From: Chromera velia
Taxonomy: Eukaryota
Length of the DNA: 52,251 bases
Assembly: GCA_018398765.1 (NCBI GenBank)
Contig: JAHBMJ010000254.1
Span: 1 to 52,251 of the forward strand
Direction of reading: 5' to 3'
Positions 22,812 through 35,480 of the stretch are shown here, one piece after another; the stretch's first letter is position 1; every line of letters begins with the position of its first letter. Made by a program: the position numbers and the translations under genes. The notes beneath the pieces were generated by a model. It did no database searches and had not been told where the DNA came from. It worked only from the letters and a program-made list of their open reading frames with translations.

Positions 22812-24688
22812 ATGATTCTGGATGATTCTTTCTGGGAGGAGGAGGCGGAGGCTCCCTTGATGAACAGAAATGCTGGGTGTTTGACGAAGGAATCTGCCAG
22901 CAAGCTCACAGAGCGTGCTAGCATGTGGGCGGATCTGATCAAGAAACCGAAAGAGGTTCCCGTCTCCTTTTCCTTCAAAGAGAACTGTGGGGACGAGGCT
23001 GCTGAGAGAATATTCAAAGAGGACGCCATCCGAACGTTCAAATCCGAGAAACGCCGCTCTGAAATGCGGGCGGTGCTGCGAGCTTTGTGGGGGGAGATTG
23101 GGGACTACCACCAGGGACAGGGTTACGTCGTTTCGTTTCTTCTTCTTTTTCTGCCCAAGGAGGAGGTGGCAGAGATCTGCATGAACTTGTACAGACAGGA
23201 CAGGTATATGCCCAGATACTGGCATGCAGCCCCTGCAGATTTTGTGAGAGACGCCCGAGTCTTCCGGAAATTAATGAAGAAACTGCACCCGGAAGTGGAG
23301 ACCCACGTCTCCTCCAAAGTCGTCCCAGAAGCCTATGCGTCCAAATGGTCTGTCTGTCTGTCTGTCTGTCTGTGTCTGTCTGTCTGTCTGTCTGTCTGTC
23401 ATGAAGAAAAAGAGGGAGAAGAAGAAGAAACATATAGTCTGTCTGTCTGTCTGTCTTTCTGCCCGTCGAAAGAAAGAAAGGAAGGAAGAAAGAAAGAAAA
23501 CTCAGAGGAGAGTGGTGGGTGGCTGCATGCAATGTTCAGTTGAGATGGTTAGTAGAGAGCCAGCAGTGTGTTTTTGTGGTGTCGGCCGGATGCGGCCGTG
23601 TGTCGTTTTTCCGTTCCCCTTTCCGCCTACCCGACACTCTGAGTCTCCTTTTTGATTCGCTTTGGCGTTCGTTCCTTGGAAGGAAGGAACCAGTAGGAAG
23701 GAAGGAAGGAAGGAAGGAAGGAAGGAACGAGTGGTCGCTGTTGCGCTGACTTTGATGTTTCTTTTTTTCCTTTCGCTTGCTGGTGGCTTCCTCCGCCTTT
23801 TCTCTTTTTTTTTTTTTTTTTCTGGCGGTCTTTCTTGCGATTTGCCTCCTGGTTGCCCTGTTTCTTAGCTGGACTGCTTGATCGATTGAATTTCTTTTTG
23901 GTGCAAGAGGGCTGGATCCACCTTGTTCTTCCTTCCTTCTGGGTGCCTTTTCGTTTTCCTCTTTTCTTTCTTTCTTCGGTGAATCTTTGATATATCCGTG
24001 TTCTTCCTTCCGTGTGGGCCCCCTTCTTTTTTTCTGCTCCCCTCGGAGGTGGGTGTTCATGCACGAGCACCGTCACCGTCCCCTTCCTTACCTTCGTCTG
24101 GATTCGGTTTGTGACGTTCCGATCTGTCGGGAGGTCTGTTGGTTGACCGGACTGCTTGAGTGAGTGAGTGCCAGGACGCTTGGAGGCTTGGAGGCTCTTC
24201 CCTGTCCTCTCTCTCTATTTCTTTTAATACTCTCATGTCGATCCTCTAATTCCTTTCCCGTCTGTCTCTCCTTCCTGCCCTCCTCCTTCTGCCTGCAGGT
24301 TTGTGGGATTGTGCGTCCACGTTCTTCCTTTCGCCTTCTTGCTGGACTTCCTCGAACTTTTCTTTCAAGAGGGGTACCCCGCACTGTTCAGGTCTGTGTG
24401 GATTTATTTTCATTCATACAGAAATACAGAATAAAAATAAATACATGCATCTTTCAAGAGGGGTACCCCGCACTGTTCAGGTCTATCTGGTGGGAGTGTG
24501 AGAGTGGGCGGGTAGGGGTGTTCTTTTTGCGAAGCCCTGCAGAGTCTGTACCACCAATTTGATCTGTCTCCCCGTCCGTTTGTCCGTTCGTCCGTAGGTC
24601 TGTCGGTCTGAGGACTCAGAAAAGGAAGTGGATTTTCGTGAATGAAAGGAAACAGAAGGAAACTGTACAGTCTGTCTGTCTGTCTGGC

Positions 24689-24721
<33 letters not shown>

Positions 24722-25089
24722 TTTTCTCTTCTCTAGAAATTTTGTCTTTGTTTTCCTCAGGTGTGCCCATCAACCTTCTGCAAAGTCGCCCCCTCAATTC
24801 TTGTGTTTCCTTTCCCTCCTGTTGTGCCTGACACATTGATCCCCTCCCCTACGTGTAGATTCCGTTTGTCCTTCTGTGGCTGCTCCTCATCTCTCTGTGT
24901 GCTTCTCGTCTCTCTGAGAGTGTGTGTCTGCTTGCCATGAGACGCAAAAAGGAAACGCCCCCGTGCCCCCATTTTGTATGCAAAAACGTTTCTGGGCGGG
25001 GTGGGGGGGTAGCATTTTGTTGTGCTCTCTTTCTCCCGAGGGCTCATAGTTGCGCGCGCGCGCGCGTGTGGATGTGTGTGTATGTGTGT

Positions 25090-25121
<32 letters not shown>

Positions 25122-25483
25122 TTTGATGCAGGTTCGCCCTGGCCCTAGTTGAGGTTCTGAAGTGCGACATCCTCTCTGCCTCCGACGTCTCGAAGGTCCT
25201 TCAGGCCCTCCGGCTGGACGCGGCAGTGTACCCTGACCCCCCTTCAACCAAGGCAAGTTCGAAGAAGGAAGAGGAAGGGAGAGGTGTGGAGTTTCCCTTC
25301 CGGGACATTGTGGAGAGAGCGCGTTCGAACGAGGGGGTCCTGAAGGATGTCGATTTGGGGAGTCTGCGGGCAGAGGCGGTGGAGGAGATGGCAGAGGAGG
25401 CACGGAAGAGGGAGGAAAGAATGAAGGCGATGGAGGACGACGACGACGATGAAATTGTTTTCTCTGATGAGGAGGAAAATTGA
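22812..25483 (+). CDS. TBC-domain (Rab-GAP) protein, 326 aa, 3 exons
   Basis: Exons 22812-23347, 24299-24391, 25132-25483 (two phase-2 introns). TBC motifs IFKEDAIRTF (IxxDxxRT Arg finger) and DYHQGQGYVVSFLL (YxQG Gln finger), then YASKW|FVGLCVHVLPFAFLLDFLELFFQEGYPALF|RFALALV. Acidic tail. Confidence 0.92.
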
Positions 25484-26659
25484 GGGAGGGAGGGACTTCA
25501 GTTAGGGAGGGAGAAAAGAAGCATGCATGTAAAGGGAAAAATGAGAATGTAATTAAGAAAGTTACGAGAGGGAGTGACGGGCTTTTGGGGGTCCTTGTTT
25601 TGTTTCGAGATTAGGAATAACGGAGGGGTGAAGGTCAAAAAAGGAAGTTCATTCATTTGTTTCGTGCAACACGAAAATTTGTTTGTCGAATACATCTGAC
25701 ATTGATCGATCTATTCATTGAAGTATGGTTCAAGTATCGCATGTGCTGTATCCTACGGCACGTTTTTGTTCTCAATGAAAGAAAGGGGACGCGCATGGGT
25801 AAGAAACAGTGGCGGCCGGGAAAGGAGAGGGCAATCGATTTGCCCTTCTGCTACGGATTGGTAAGGTGACCCCGGTCTTAGCACTTTGAATTTGGTAGCT
25901 TAGATGACAGCTAGGCTCTGGCTGGCCATGACTACTACATTGACTTGCAAACTTTGATGATTATTAGTCAACTCAGTTCAAGTTTTAAGCATTGTAATAA
26001 GCAATGAAAGGGTATAGCCTATTAAAGACCTTATACATACAATATAGCACTCTAAAGGCGTTGTCTCTCGGATAAAACGCCTTTTTGTACAACGTCTCTA
26101 TAGCGTAGCACCAAGGAATGTAGAGGATATAGTAGAGGAATGACTCTGAACGTCTTTAAATGCTACACCACTACATACCACTACCACCTCATCTAGACCC
26201 CCACTGGATTGTTTTAGATTGTTTAAAGACTATGGTGACTAACAAAAGTTATTTTATCAAACTTTATAAAATGATGATTCAAATCAAAAAAATAATTGAA
26301 TTTAATAACAAAAAATGGTATAAAATAGTAAAAAATGGTAAATTCTTGTTTGTTTAAAGAACAAAACTTTATGTCCTTAAATGTTCTATCACACACACAG
26401 TCCTGAAATTTTTTTCCAGATACCTGCTAGTATGACGAAGATTGAACCCAGCATCCAGCATCGAACCTTCTAGACCGATACGTGTACTAACGAACACTAC
26501 CAATACAGTAGAGCCAGTACTGAACGTTCAATAAACTCTTAATCGATACAGCACTTTAACTGCATATACCGATACGTCGGATCCTCTATACTTATAGGCA
26601 CCCTGGCCTTTATATTAATTCTGTCTCCTTCTAGCCAATCGCGTCGGAGGAGTACGGAA

Positions 26660-27310
26660 CAATGGGCTCTCGTCCCCTAACTTTGCTAGTAATTTTGTAT
26701 AATTCTGCAACTAGCTAGGCAATTAGGTTAACACCAGCAATTCTTTCTAGAATTCTTTTGAAACACTTATAAGTGCGTACATGTGATAAATGAGTTAGTG
26801 GTGCTTTAGAGCACTGTCGCCGTTTTGTGTTATAGAGGTCGGCGCAGGTCGCCCCCACAAACGGCACGGGGGTATACCTCATTGCTGAGGCTCAAACTAG
26901 CTGAGTATAGCTCAAACTAGGGCTCAGACCACACCTCCTAGCCCACCTGGTTTCCCAAGTAGCTAACAAACAACTACAAATAACAATCTGTCCGCGCTTT
27001 GCATGTTATGGCCTATGGATGTCTATGGGCTGTAATAGGCTGCCCAGAGAAAGGAGAACGTCTTGATCAAAAGTTTTAGAAGTAAAATGGATCCATATGT
27101 GATCCTTCGCGCCTTTAGGTTTTTGCGCTGGGAGAAAGCAAAAAAGAAATGTTGTTATTTTTTCAAAACTCTCCCAAAACTCTTTTCTTCGAAGACTCGA
27201 ACGAGTATTCACTCATATTCCCAGAGCGCTGCCTGCATAACTTAGACTGTCAGATACTGTCAGAACCATGCTGTCTAAACTTGGGGGGGGCATGTTGTCT
27301 AAAGTTGACT
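26660..27310. repeat. Dispersed repeat family, copy 1 (uninterrupted; probable non-autonomous transposon remnant)
   Basis: Collinear similarity to 32355-33672, e.g. cgtccc(c/t)taactttgcta, ttagtggtgcttta, caaacggcacg, gctgaggctca, ctggtttccca, atgtgatccttcgc, aaaactctc(c/t)caaaactct. Confidence 0.8.
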
Positions 27311-27469
27311 GAGGAGGGGGGGGGGCGTAAGAAACATTCATGCCCCCCTTCCTCCCCGTCCACTTATCAACTTTAAAACAGTAAAAAAATGAAGTGGACA
27401 AAGAGAAATGTCAATGAAGGAAATATTATATCATTGAAGTCCACAAAGAGTGCGATTGTTTCATACTCA

Positions 27470-28245
27470 GTCTGTCCATCCATTTCTCCATCCAGTCCGA
27501 TCCAGTCATGACTCGACCCATCTACCTCCCCATCCATCTCAATTCATCCATCCATCCATCTAATATAGATCCACCCACCCATCCATCCATCTATCCATCC
27601 ACTCTTAGCATCCACTCATCCATCCATCTATCCATCCATCCACCCCTCCTTCCGGCCATGACTCCATCCATCTATTCATCTAGCAAGCCACCCAGCCAGC
27701 AACAAACTTTAAGCCATCCATCCATCCATCCATCCATGCATCCATCCATCCATCCATCCATGCATCCATCCATCCATCCATCCATCCATTTATCTATCTA
27801 CCAATCTGTCCACCCCTCCATCCAGCCATGACTTCGCTCATCCATCCACCCATCCAATGCATCCGCATCCGTCCATCCATCCCTCCATCCCTTCATCCAT
27901 CCACTCACTCATCCATCCATCTATCCATCTACCAATCTGTCCATCGCTGTCCATCCCTCAATCCCTCAACCCAGCCATGACTCCATCCATCCACCCATGC
28001 AACGAGCCATGACTCCATCCATCCATCCATCCATCCATCCATCCATCCATCCCCCCATCCCTCCATCCATCCAGCCATCCATCCATCTATTCATCCAACG
28101 CCATCCATATATCTATCTATCCATCCATCCATCCATCCTCCCACGTCCTCCCACCCACCATCCATCTGTCAATCTACATCCATCTACCAATCTGTCCATC
28201 CCTCCATCTAACTAGCCAGAACTCCACCCATGCATCTCCACCCAT
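27470..28245. repeat. Degenerate (CCAT)n satellite tract, about 770 bp
   Basis: Read directly, with interspersed gccatgact and ctaccaatctgtcca submotifs. Confidence 0.92.
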
Positions 28246-31200
28246 CCAAACAGCACAAAGCAACTGACCAGCAAAAGAGGATGCTACTTCCACAAGCAGA
28301 AGAAGGCCACAAGCAGAAGGAAACGTATTGAGGTCGATGTCACTGAAGCCATCTTCTGAAACCCACTTTTGTGATTTCGATCGCGAGCTCGGTCGAAATG
28401 CCATTTCGGCATCATTTCGGCCGGCATGCAATCGCGAGCTCACAGCATTCTCTGCTTCATCGAAGCCTATTTTCACTGGAAAAGACTGCCATCAGAAAAA
28501 GGAAAGCTTCTGACAGCATCTGAGAGCGCTGCAGAACCGCAGACGGCTCGTAGACGGACATTCCGATCAGACTGGGTTTTGATCGGAAGTCTGAAGCCCG
28601 ATCGCAGGTCGATCTGGCTTTGTGCGATTCAAAATTCAAAGCCGCTGAAAGCCATTTCCACCCTTTGCAACACAAAGACCAGCTCATAAAAAGGACTTTG
28701 GCAAGGCAAATGGCTTTCCGTTTCAAGCGGCTCACGATGAGCTCCCAGATTGAAGCCCATTCACTTCAACAGAACCTGCAAAGTCAAACAAAATGACACG
28801 CATGCACGCATCGCAAAATCGCGTGCAACACTTCGACGCACGCGCGCGCGCATGCAACACATGCAGTGTTGAATAAGCCGGGGGCATGCGTGCGGCGGCC
28901 GGGCCCGGGGTCCGACCCGGCCATCAGGTACGAGCGTGCCGCGTTGAATCTGGCAAATTAGAATCGGACGGTTTCACGGGCTGCAGAACGCTGCAGGACG
29001 TCGTCGATTCGTCCGACGTGCGCAGAAAAAAAATGTCGCTCATCTCGCTCGATCATCCACGTGCAAACATCGTGCAACTTATATATACAGCAAATCGTTT
29101 CCAAAACGCTCTAACGATGTCCACTGATCCCATCTGAATGAATCTCTGGCAACAATCTGGAATCTTTTTCAAGTCTATCTCTCCCAACGATGTGCCGAGT
29201 GCGCCCTGCTTCAGACTTTCTCGGGATATGCATCGTCGAAGCAGATCACCTTGCGAATGTTGGAGAAGCAGAGCAACTTCTCATTGAGAAAGATGCTGCC
29301 TGATGGTGAATTTTACTCTATGGCTGAACTTGCAAACCCATTCTGCCCCAACTCAGTCTACCAGCAACGTTTCTTTTGCTCTAGACACGGATAAAAGACG
29401 TTGAGACAAACCTGCATACCGAGACTGAAGAGCGCGCCACTTGAATCGGTAAGTCAGATTCCATCCTTACGTTTGTTTCCTCGCCTCCTGCTATTTTCCT
29501 GAACCATCTTTTCATTGACAAGCTAGTTCCTCATCGGATCTTCTGTAATCCGGGGGAGGAAAGCTGTATGAAGGAACTCTCCAACTCCCGAAGAGTTTAC
29601 AATTTTAATGAACATCCGCTTCCATCTTGCTCCTCCGCTTCTTTTCATGCATCTGCCTTCTTTCTGTCGCTCTTCTTTACTTAACTATGTTTATGCACAG
29701 CCTCAACCACGATTCCCCGCCTGGTAGACGTTGTCTGCATCGTTTGGAGACTGGAGACATGGAGTTAGACGTAGAGCTTCATAGCCTCAGAAGACGACAA
29801 GCCCATGAGGTCAGCTGTCCTGTTTCTTGCGTCTCTCCTGTTTGGTTGTTGTTGGGATGAGTGCCTTAGAGGTCTTTCAGAAAAGTCCGGTCGGTCTATT
29901 CAGCCAGCAGTCACATTGGAACACAGGCAAAACGACTCCACGGATCGAGAGACGGATCAGAAGGGGAAGCGACGGCTGCGTAAATCACGGAAGGGTCAGT
30001 AAAGGGGCTTGTGATCCGTCCGCATCCTTTTTTTTCGCGTCTGCACGCACGTACAGCAGCGCAGAAAGAAGGCAAATCTGCATACGAAATACTGGGGGGG
30101 GCTTGAGCTGCCTCGGATGTGCTCGTTTCCCACGGTCCCTTTCGCTAGAATGTGCCTGGCTGCATAGTCGGAAGGGTGGTTGTAGTGTTGTGGTGTTATG
30201 GTGGTCTGTTTCTCAAATGGATTTTTGTTTCTCACTCCCTGCATGAGTCTCCGTGCCGTGTGTGCAGAGGTCTCTCTCTTTCGATTCTTTTTTGGTTCAC
30301 CAAATGAACAGGGTTCCCTTTGCTCCTTCTTCTGTTCTCTTCTTTGGCCTGCTTCATTTTTGCCTCCCTCCCTCCCCTGCTGCTGCTACTGTTGTGCTCT
30401 TTGTGTGTATCTGGGAGGTCGTTTCGTCGCTCGCTCGCTCGATCGATCGATCCATAGAGGCTTGGAGACGGTGAGTGAGGGAGTGGGGGTGGCCGGGGGG
30501 CGGGGCGGGGCGGGAGAGGTGGAAGGACGTGCATGAGGAGAGGGTTAGTGTTGGATTCAGGGGAGTGCTGCAACGAGAGACGGCGTGGCTGAGAGGTCAG
30601 TTTGCTGTACGGATGCGTGAGGAGATGCAGAGGCTTGGATTGAAAGAGCTTAAATTCTTTTTTCCTTTTCAGCTTGAATCCTCTCTTCCCTTTCTCTCCT
30701 TTTCTTTTTTTCTTTCGTTTGTGGTTGGGGCGAGTGGATGCCTTAGAGGTCTTCGAGAAAAGTCCAGTTAGTCTACGCAGCCAGCAGTCACATTAGCGCT
30801 CTGTCGCTTGGATCTCTTTGTGGGTCTGCGTGTCTGGAGATGCGCTGCAAAGGTTTCATTTCTACAGCTCCTGTTTTTCAATTTCCTTCCTTCCCTCCTT
30901 CCCCCCTTCCTTCCATCTTCGAATAGGTTGAACTTCCCCCCTTTTTCTCTCGTTCTTCGCTTCCATGCAGGAAGGTTTGAGACAAGCTTTTAGGGGGGCG
31001 ACAAGCAGAGACGAGAGTGACGGGGTACATAGGAGACGTCGGCAACGGGAGAGAGGATATGACGCGAGACGGTCGGTTAAACTTTGTGTCTGTCACGGTT
31101 TTGCTTTGCTCTTAGGAAGTTGTTGAGCATGTCGAAGGTATTTGATGGATTATGTCAGATGTGAATTAGGTCGGCCATACAGTCAGTCCGGTTTCAAACA

Positions 31201-32419
31201 CTCAAAACGACCTGCTAATTATTAGACAGACAGACAGACAGACAGACAGAAAAGATAGATCGATTAGTTGGGGCAGCGGAGGCTCGGCACATCATCCACA
31301 CGAGAGAAGGGGGGGGTGTTTGAATCGGTACATGCCCGAGGCCGGTTGCTGTTACCTGCAGGGTGCTAATCAGAAAGGGAGTGCAAGTGGCTTGAGCGGC
31401 TCCGTCCAGTTCGCTCCTTTTATGACCTTAAGTTTTGAACCTGACTGACTGTACGTCGGCCGTGAATACAGTTTTCCCTTAATTGATTGCAAGGACTCTG
31501 AGACTCGGTTGATGTCTTTCGTCACGGATCGTCGCTTCAGTGTCCTTCAATACATCTCCCTTGTTTTAGTTTATTCACTGTATTATCTTTGCATTTCGGC
31601 GGTTCTGTCTTTCATGCTATCCCTTCTCTTTCCTTCACTTTCCTTTCTTTGTGCGTTCTCGTGTGCTTTCTTTTCTCTGTCGCTGCCTGTTTGTGAGTGC
31701 CTGCAGGAATTAAGTTCTGAGGGTGATCGATCATGGGGCGGTGAGCTGACTAGGACTTGGAGGAGACGGTGGGTGAGAGGAGACCAGAGGCGAAGAACTC
31801 ACTGGGAAGGAGGCCTGGAGACGGCGGTCGAGGGCAGGGGCCCCGGAGAGGGGTGAGGGATGGAGGGAGGGGCCTGAAGGGTGGCGGCGGTGTCACAACC
31901 GGCCGAAGAGAGAGTGCGGGATCGAGCGGGAGACGGAAAGGCCAAGACAGGAGGGGCAAAGGGTTGAAAGAAGGACGGGAGAGCTTATTAGTCAGAAGTG
32001 CTTTGCGTCTAAGTTAAGGGCATGACCTTATCCAATTTTGGCCCGAATTGTCCAACAATTTGTTGAGCATAAATTGTATAAAAAGGTAGACTGCAGAGCG
32101 TTTGTTTAAACACGCATATATATGTTTGGTATAAATTTTGTGATATCCCCAGGCTACCCTGCGTAGTATTCCCCGCTACCATAATTATGCTGATACTACT
32201 ATATACAGTATATAAAACTAGCTAGATATATAAAGTGGTTTTTCCGAGAGGTTTTGTCATCATTCAAATGATAATTGATTGATCATTACTAGGATCATTA
32301 TCATTATTTAAAATTATACATTCTAAATCATCATTAGAGTCATCATCCTCACAGCCCTTCGTCCCTTAACTTTGCTAATTAATAAATTAAGTAGTAATTT
32401 TGTAACTAGCTAGACAACT

Positions 32420-32642
32420 AACACCCCCCCTGACACTTCAATCTGTCTTGAAATGGATTTTTTAATGCTGCCCGCGCCTGCGGCGTGGTTCTTTCAAGAC
32501 TGTCTGCGTCTTCCACAAAAAACCTTAAATATATTTTATTTTGGCTACACCTTCGGCGTGCTACCTTCAAGTTAAACCACGCCTGCGGCGCAGGCGTTTC
32601 AAGTCGCGGCGTTTCAAGTTTACGGGAGTGTCAGGGGGGGTT
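32420..32642. mobile_element. MITE-like element (about 220 bp) with TIR ccccccctgacact and 5-6 bp TSD caact(a)
   Basis: Left end caact|aacaccccccctgacactt; right end ggagtgtcagggggggtt|caacta. Absent at the equivalent site in copy 1 (~26720). Confidence 0.8.
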
Positions 32643-32804
32643 CAACTAGCTTAACACTAGCCATTCTTTAGAAACGCTTATATAAGTGAGCACATATGAT
32701 CATATATGTGATAAGTGATTTAGTGGTGCTTTACACCACTGGCGCTGTTTTCAAGTATTTTGTCTTATAGAGGTCGCCTCCGCAAACGGCACGAAGGTAT
32801 ACCT

Positions 32805-33066
32805 AGGCATCGGCTAAAGAAAAAAAGAAGAAAAAAATTCTCCAAAACTTTTTACTTTTTTTTTTTCTTTTCTTTTTCAGTCAGACAACTGTTATTTAAG
32901 TGTTGCAGAAGTATTGTTCATGTAGACGTCTTTATGTGGTGCATAACTGTTATTAAGTGTTGTTCCGAGGGAAAAAGTAAAAAAGAAAGAAAATTTAAAA
33001 AAAAGATCTCCTCTGATCGCTTACTTTTTTTCTTTTTTTTTTCTTTAGCCAACGCCTAAAGCCTGA
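32805..33066. mobile_element. MITE-like element (about 260 bp) with TIR aggc(at/gt)(c/t)ggctaaagaaaaaaa and about 9-bp TSD ggta(t/c)acct
   Basis: ggtatacct (32796-32804) and ggtacacct (33067-33075) flank inverted termini aggcatcggctaaagaaaa / ttttctttagccaacgcct. Copy 1 has a single ggtatacct. Confidence 0.72.
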
Positions 33067-34511
33067 GGTACACCTCATCGCTGAGGCTCAGACTAGGGCT
33101 TAAACCACACTTTGCCAGTGTGGCCTGCCTGGTTTCCCAGGCTACTAATAAATATTAATCTGTTTGCGCTTTGTATGTCACGGTTATTGTATGTTGTGGT
33201 CTATGAGCTGCTCAGAAAAAATATGAAAAAAGAGAACGTCTCGATCGAAAGTCTCAGAAGCAATAGGGATCCCGCGAAGAATCCGCATGTGATCCTTCGC
33301 GAAGTTTTTGAGGAGAAGGCAATTGCATGAGGGGGGGGAGAAAGCCATGAGCTCAGAGGGAGGAAGCTTGATTCAGCACTGCTGAAGAGGTCGCAACAAT
33401 TTAGACTCCTTACAACGATGGTGATTTGGAGTGAACACTAATTAATTGAGTGAAAACTGAACAATAGGCTTAGTCTAAGATAATAAAGACTAAAAAAAAA
33501 AAGAAGTGTTATTATTTTTTGAAAACTCTCTCAAAACTCTTAATTTTTCTCAAAAACTTGAACCTAGACTGAAACGTACACTCCCAGTGAGTCCTAGAGC
33601 TACCCAGAATGCTACGTGCACAACATATGCACAGCTTAGACTATTAGAACGATGAAGCACACTTAAGTTGACCTAACCACTTCTTTAAGTTACTACTCTT
33701 TATGTGATAAGTTATGTTAGACATACCTATATATACCTGCCTGTGAGGGAGAACTTTAGAGAACTTATGTATGAGATGATTGTCAGAGGGATTCAGATTA
33801 CCTGCTGGGGTCACAGCTGGACGGGGAAGGGATGCAGAGGCCTTTCTACCGCCGATGTATGCAAACGCCTATAAGCGCCTTATCAAGCTGTTATGGACCT
33901 GGCCCTGGCCCAGTGGCCTACACTTTCCCCCTTCCCCTCTAGGCCCGGCCTCCCGTCCCCCCCCAACCTGATGCAATTAACCGTCCGATCTCCGCCGTGC
34001 AGCCGGACCCCCCTAGCTCCCGCATGCATGGGAAAAGCCCTCATGCAGCTTTCACGGACCCCCCGCGGGTGGCCAAATATATGCAGTCGCTCATATTCGC
34101 TAACTCAAGGTTAAAAGCCCTATACCTTCTCTATGGCCTGGAAAACGAAGCTGAGAGGGTACTTAACAAAAATTGTACCCCCCCCAGACCACACGGATGG
34201 CTGCGTCCGACGTTTACAGGAAGATCTGATGTACGCCAAGCTCGGCCCTGGAAAGACAATTCAGCTGAGGAGGCACTTTCTAAATTTAAAGCAGGGGCAA
34301 CAAAAATAAATTTCGCTTTCCGGGCCATTCGTACGGAGTGCGTCAGATTTTATGGATGGAAGAGCTGTAATTAGGCATTATACAAATTACCCCAAAAATT
34401 AAAACTCTTAACATTTCTATATTTTAAACATAGAGGAAACAAACTATATATATACTATATAGGTTAAAGTAACATTTATTAAAATGTTGTGCGCCCCCCT
34501 GTAAAAGCAAC

Positions 34512-35335
34512 TGATGATTGAGGTTTTTGTTATGCATGCCGCGTCCCCGTGTATAAGGGACAGATCTAGCCTAGTCTGTCAAAAGGTTCCGGTTCGTCCC
34601 GTCTGTTCTGAATCTAGGAACACTGCTCATTGATCACTTTTACTGCGGCTTATTTCTTAAGCGGCGGTAGTTGAGAACAATGAAAAGAGGGGAGAGGCAG
34701 GGCAAAAACTTTCTAAAAGTTTGTCCCCTTGGCAAAGGCTACCCTTTGACGGTAGAGAACAACTTCAAAGAGACCCCCCCCATTAATTTGCCCCTCATTT
34801 TCTCAACTTTCTTTTCTTCCTTTCCTTTCATGCGCTTGCCCCCCCTTTTTTTTTCCCTTCTTGTTTGTGTACAAAGAATCAATTACAAAAGGATCGCTTA
34901 GTTTGCGCCCTCCGAGTCGAAAGATCCGGAGAACGCTGCGACCTCCCTACTGAGAAGACACTCAGGCTGGAAGGGCCCTCTGGTTCCCCTCCTGCTATGA
35001 ATTGAACAGAGAAGATTTGCGGTAACGAAACGCTGTAGCGTACAGGAAAGAACTTTATAATACCGGTCCATCAGCCTTGTCTGCACTGTCTCATCTCCCT
35101 CTCCTCCTCTCACTCTTCCGGCCCCCAACTTCGCTATCTCTTTCAAAAAACGAATTGTCCCCTCTCCTGGTCTCCCATATGTCTCAAACACAAGAGGAAC
35201 AAACCGAAATCCGATTTCATGACAGATCTCACCGTACCTGTCGTTTTTGACCTTCTCCATCGCCTTTGCTGCCGACCCTGCTGTTTTTGCGAATCTTCGC
35301 AGGCGGTTGGCATCAATTGAGAATGGATGGGTCAC
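34512..35335 (-). mobile_element. 5'-truncated non-LTR retrotransposon (CRE/REL-endonuclease type) with 10-bp TSD
   Basis: Identical taaaagcaac at 34502-34511 and 35336-35345. ORF remnant 35335-34898 (VTHP...AAKAMEKVKNDRY...GFRFVPLVFETYGRPGEGTIRFLKEIA) matches the C-terminal restriction-like endonuclease pattern of CRE-type elements. About 385-bp 3' UTR ending ...caatcatca. Confidence 0.85.
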
Positions 35336-35417
35336 TAAAAGCAACCCCTCCATTTGCGTGACTAAAAATATTTAGACACGCGTAATCTTGATCCCGACAA
35401 CAAATCAGTCATGCACG

Positions 35418-35480
35418 CATGGGCTGACATGGGCTGACATGGGCTGACATGGGCTGACATGGGCTGACAATGGGCTGACA
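35418..35480. repeat. 10-bp tandem repeat (catgggctga) x about 6 upstream of the WSC gene
   Basis: Read directly. Degenerate inverted copies (cagccccatg) at about 35504-35521. Confidence 0.9.

Larger units (their letters stand above)
32355..33672. repeat. Dispersed repeat family, copy 2 (interrupted by nested insertions)
   Basis: Aligns by eye with 26660-27310 once 32420-32642, 32805-33066 and about 33320-33490 are removed. Confidence 0.8.

Noticed and set aside
26040..26400. Faint resemblance to a Ty3/gypsy pol remnant (KNGKFLFV*RTKLYV)
   Set aside because: Too short and degraded, with no RT, RNase H or integrase core motif. A tBLASTn/HMM search would be needed.
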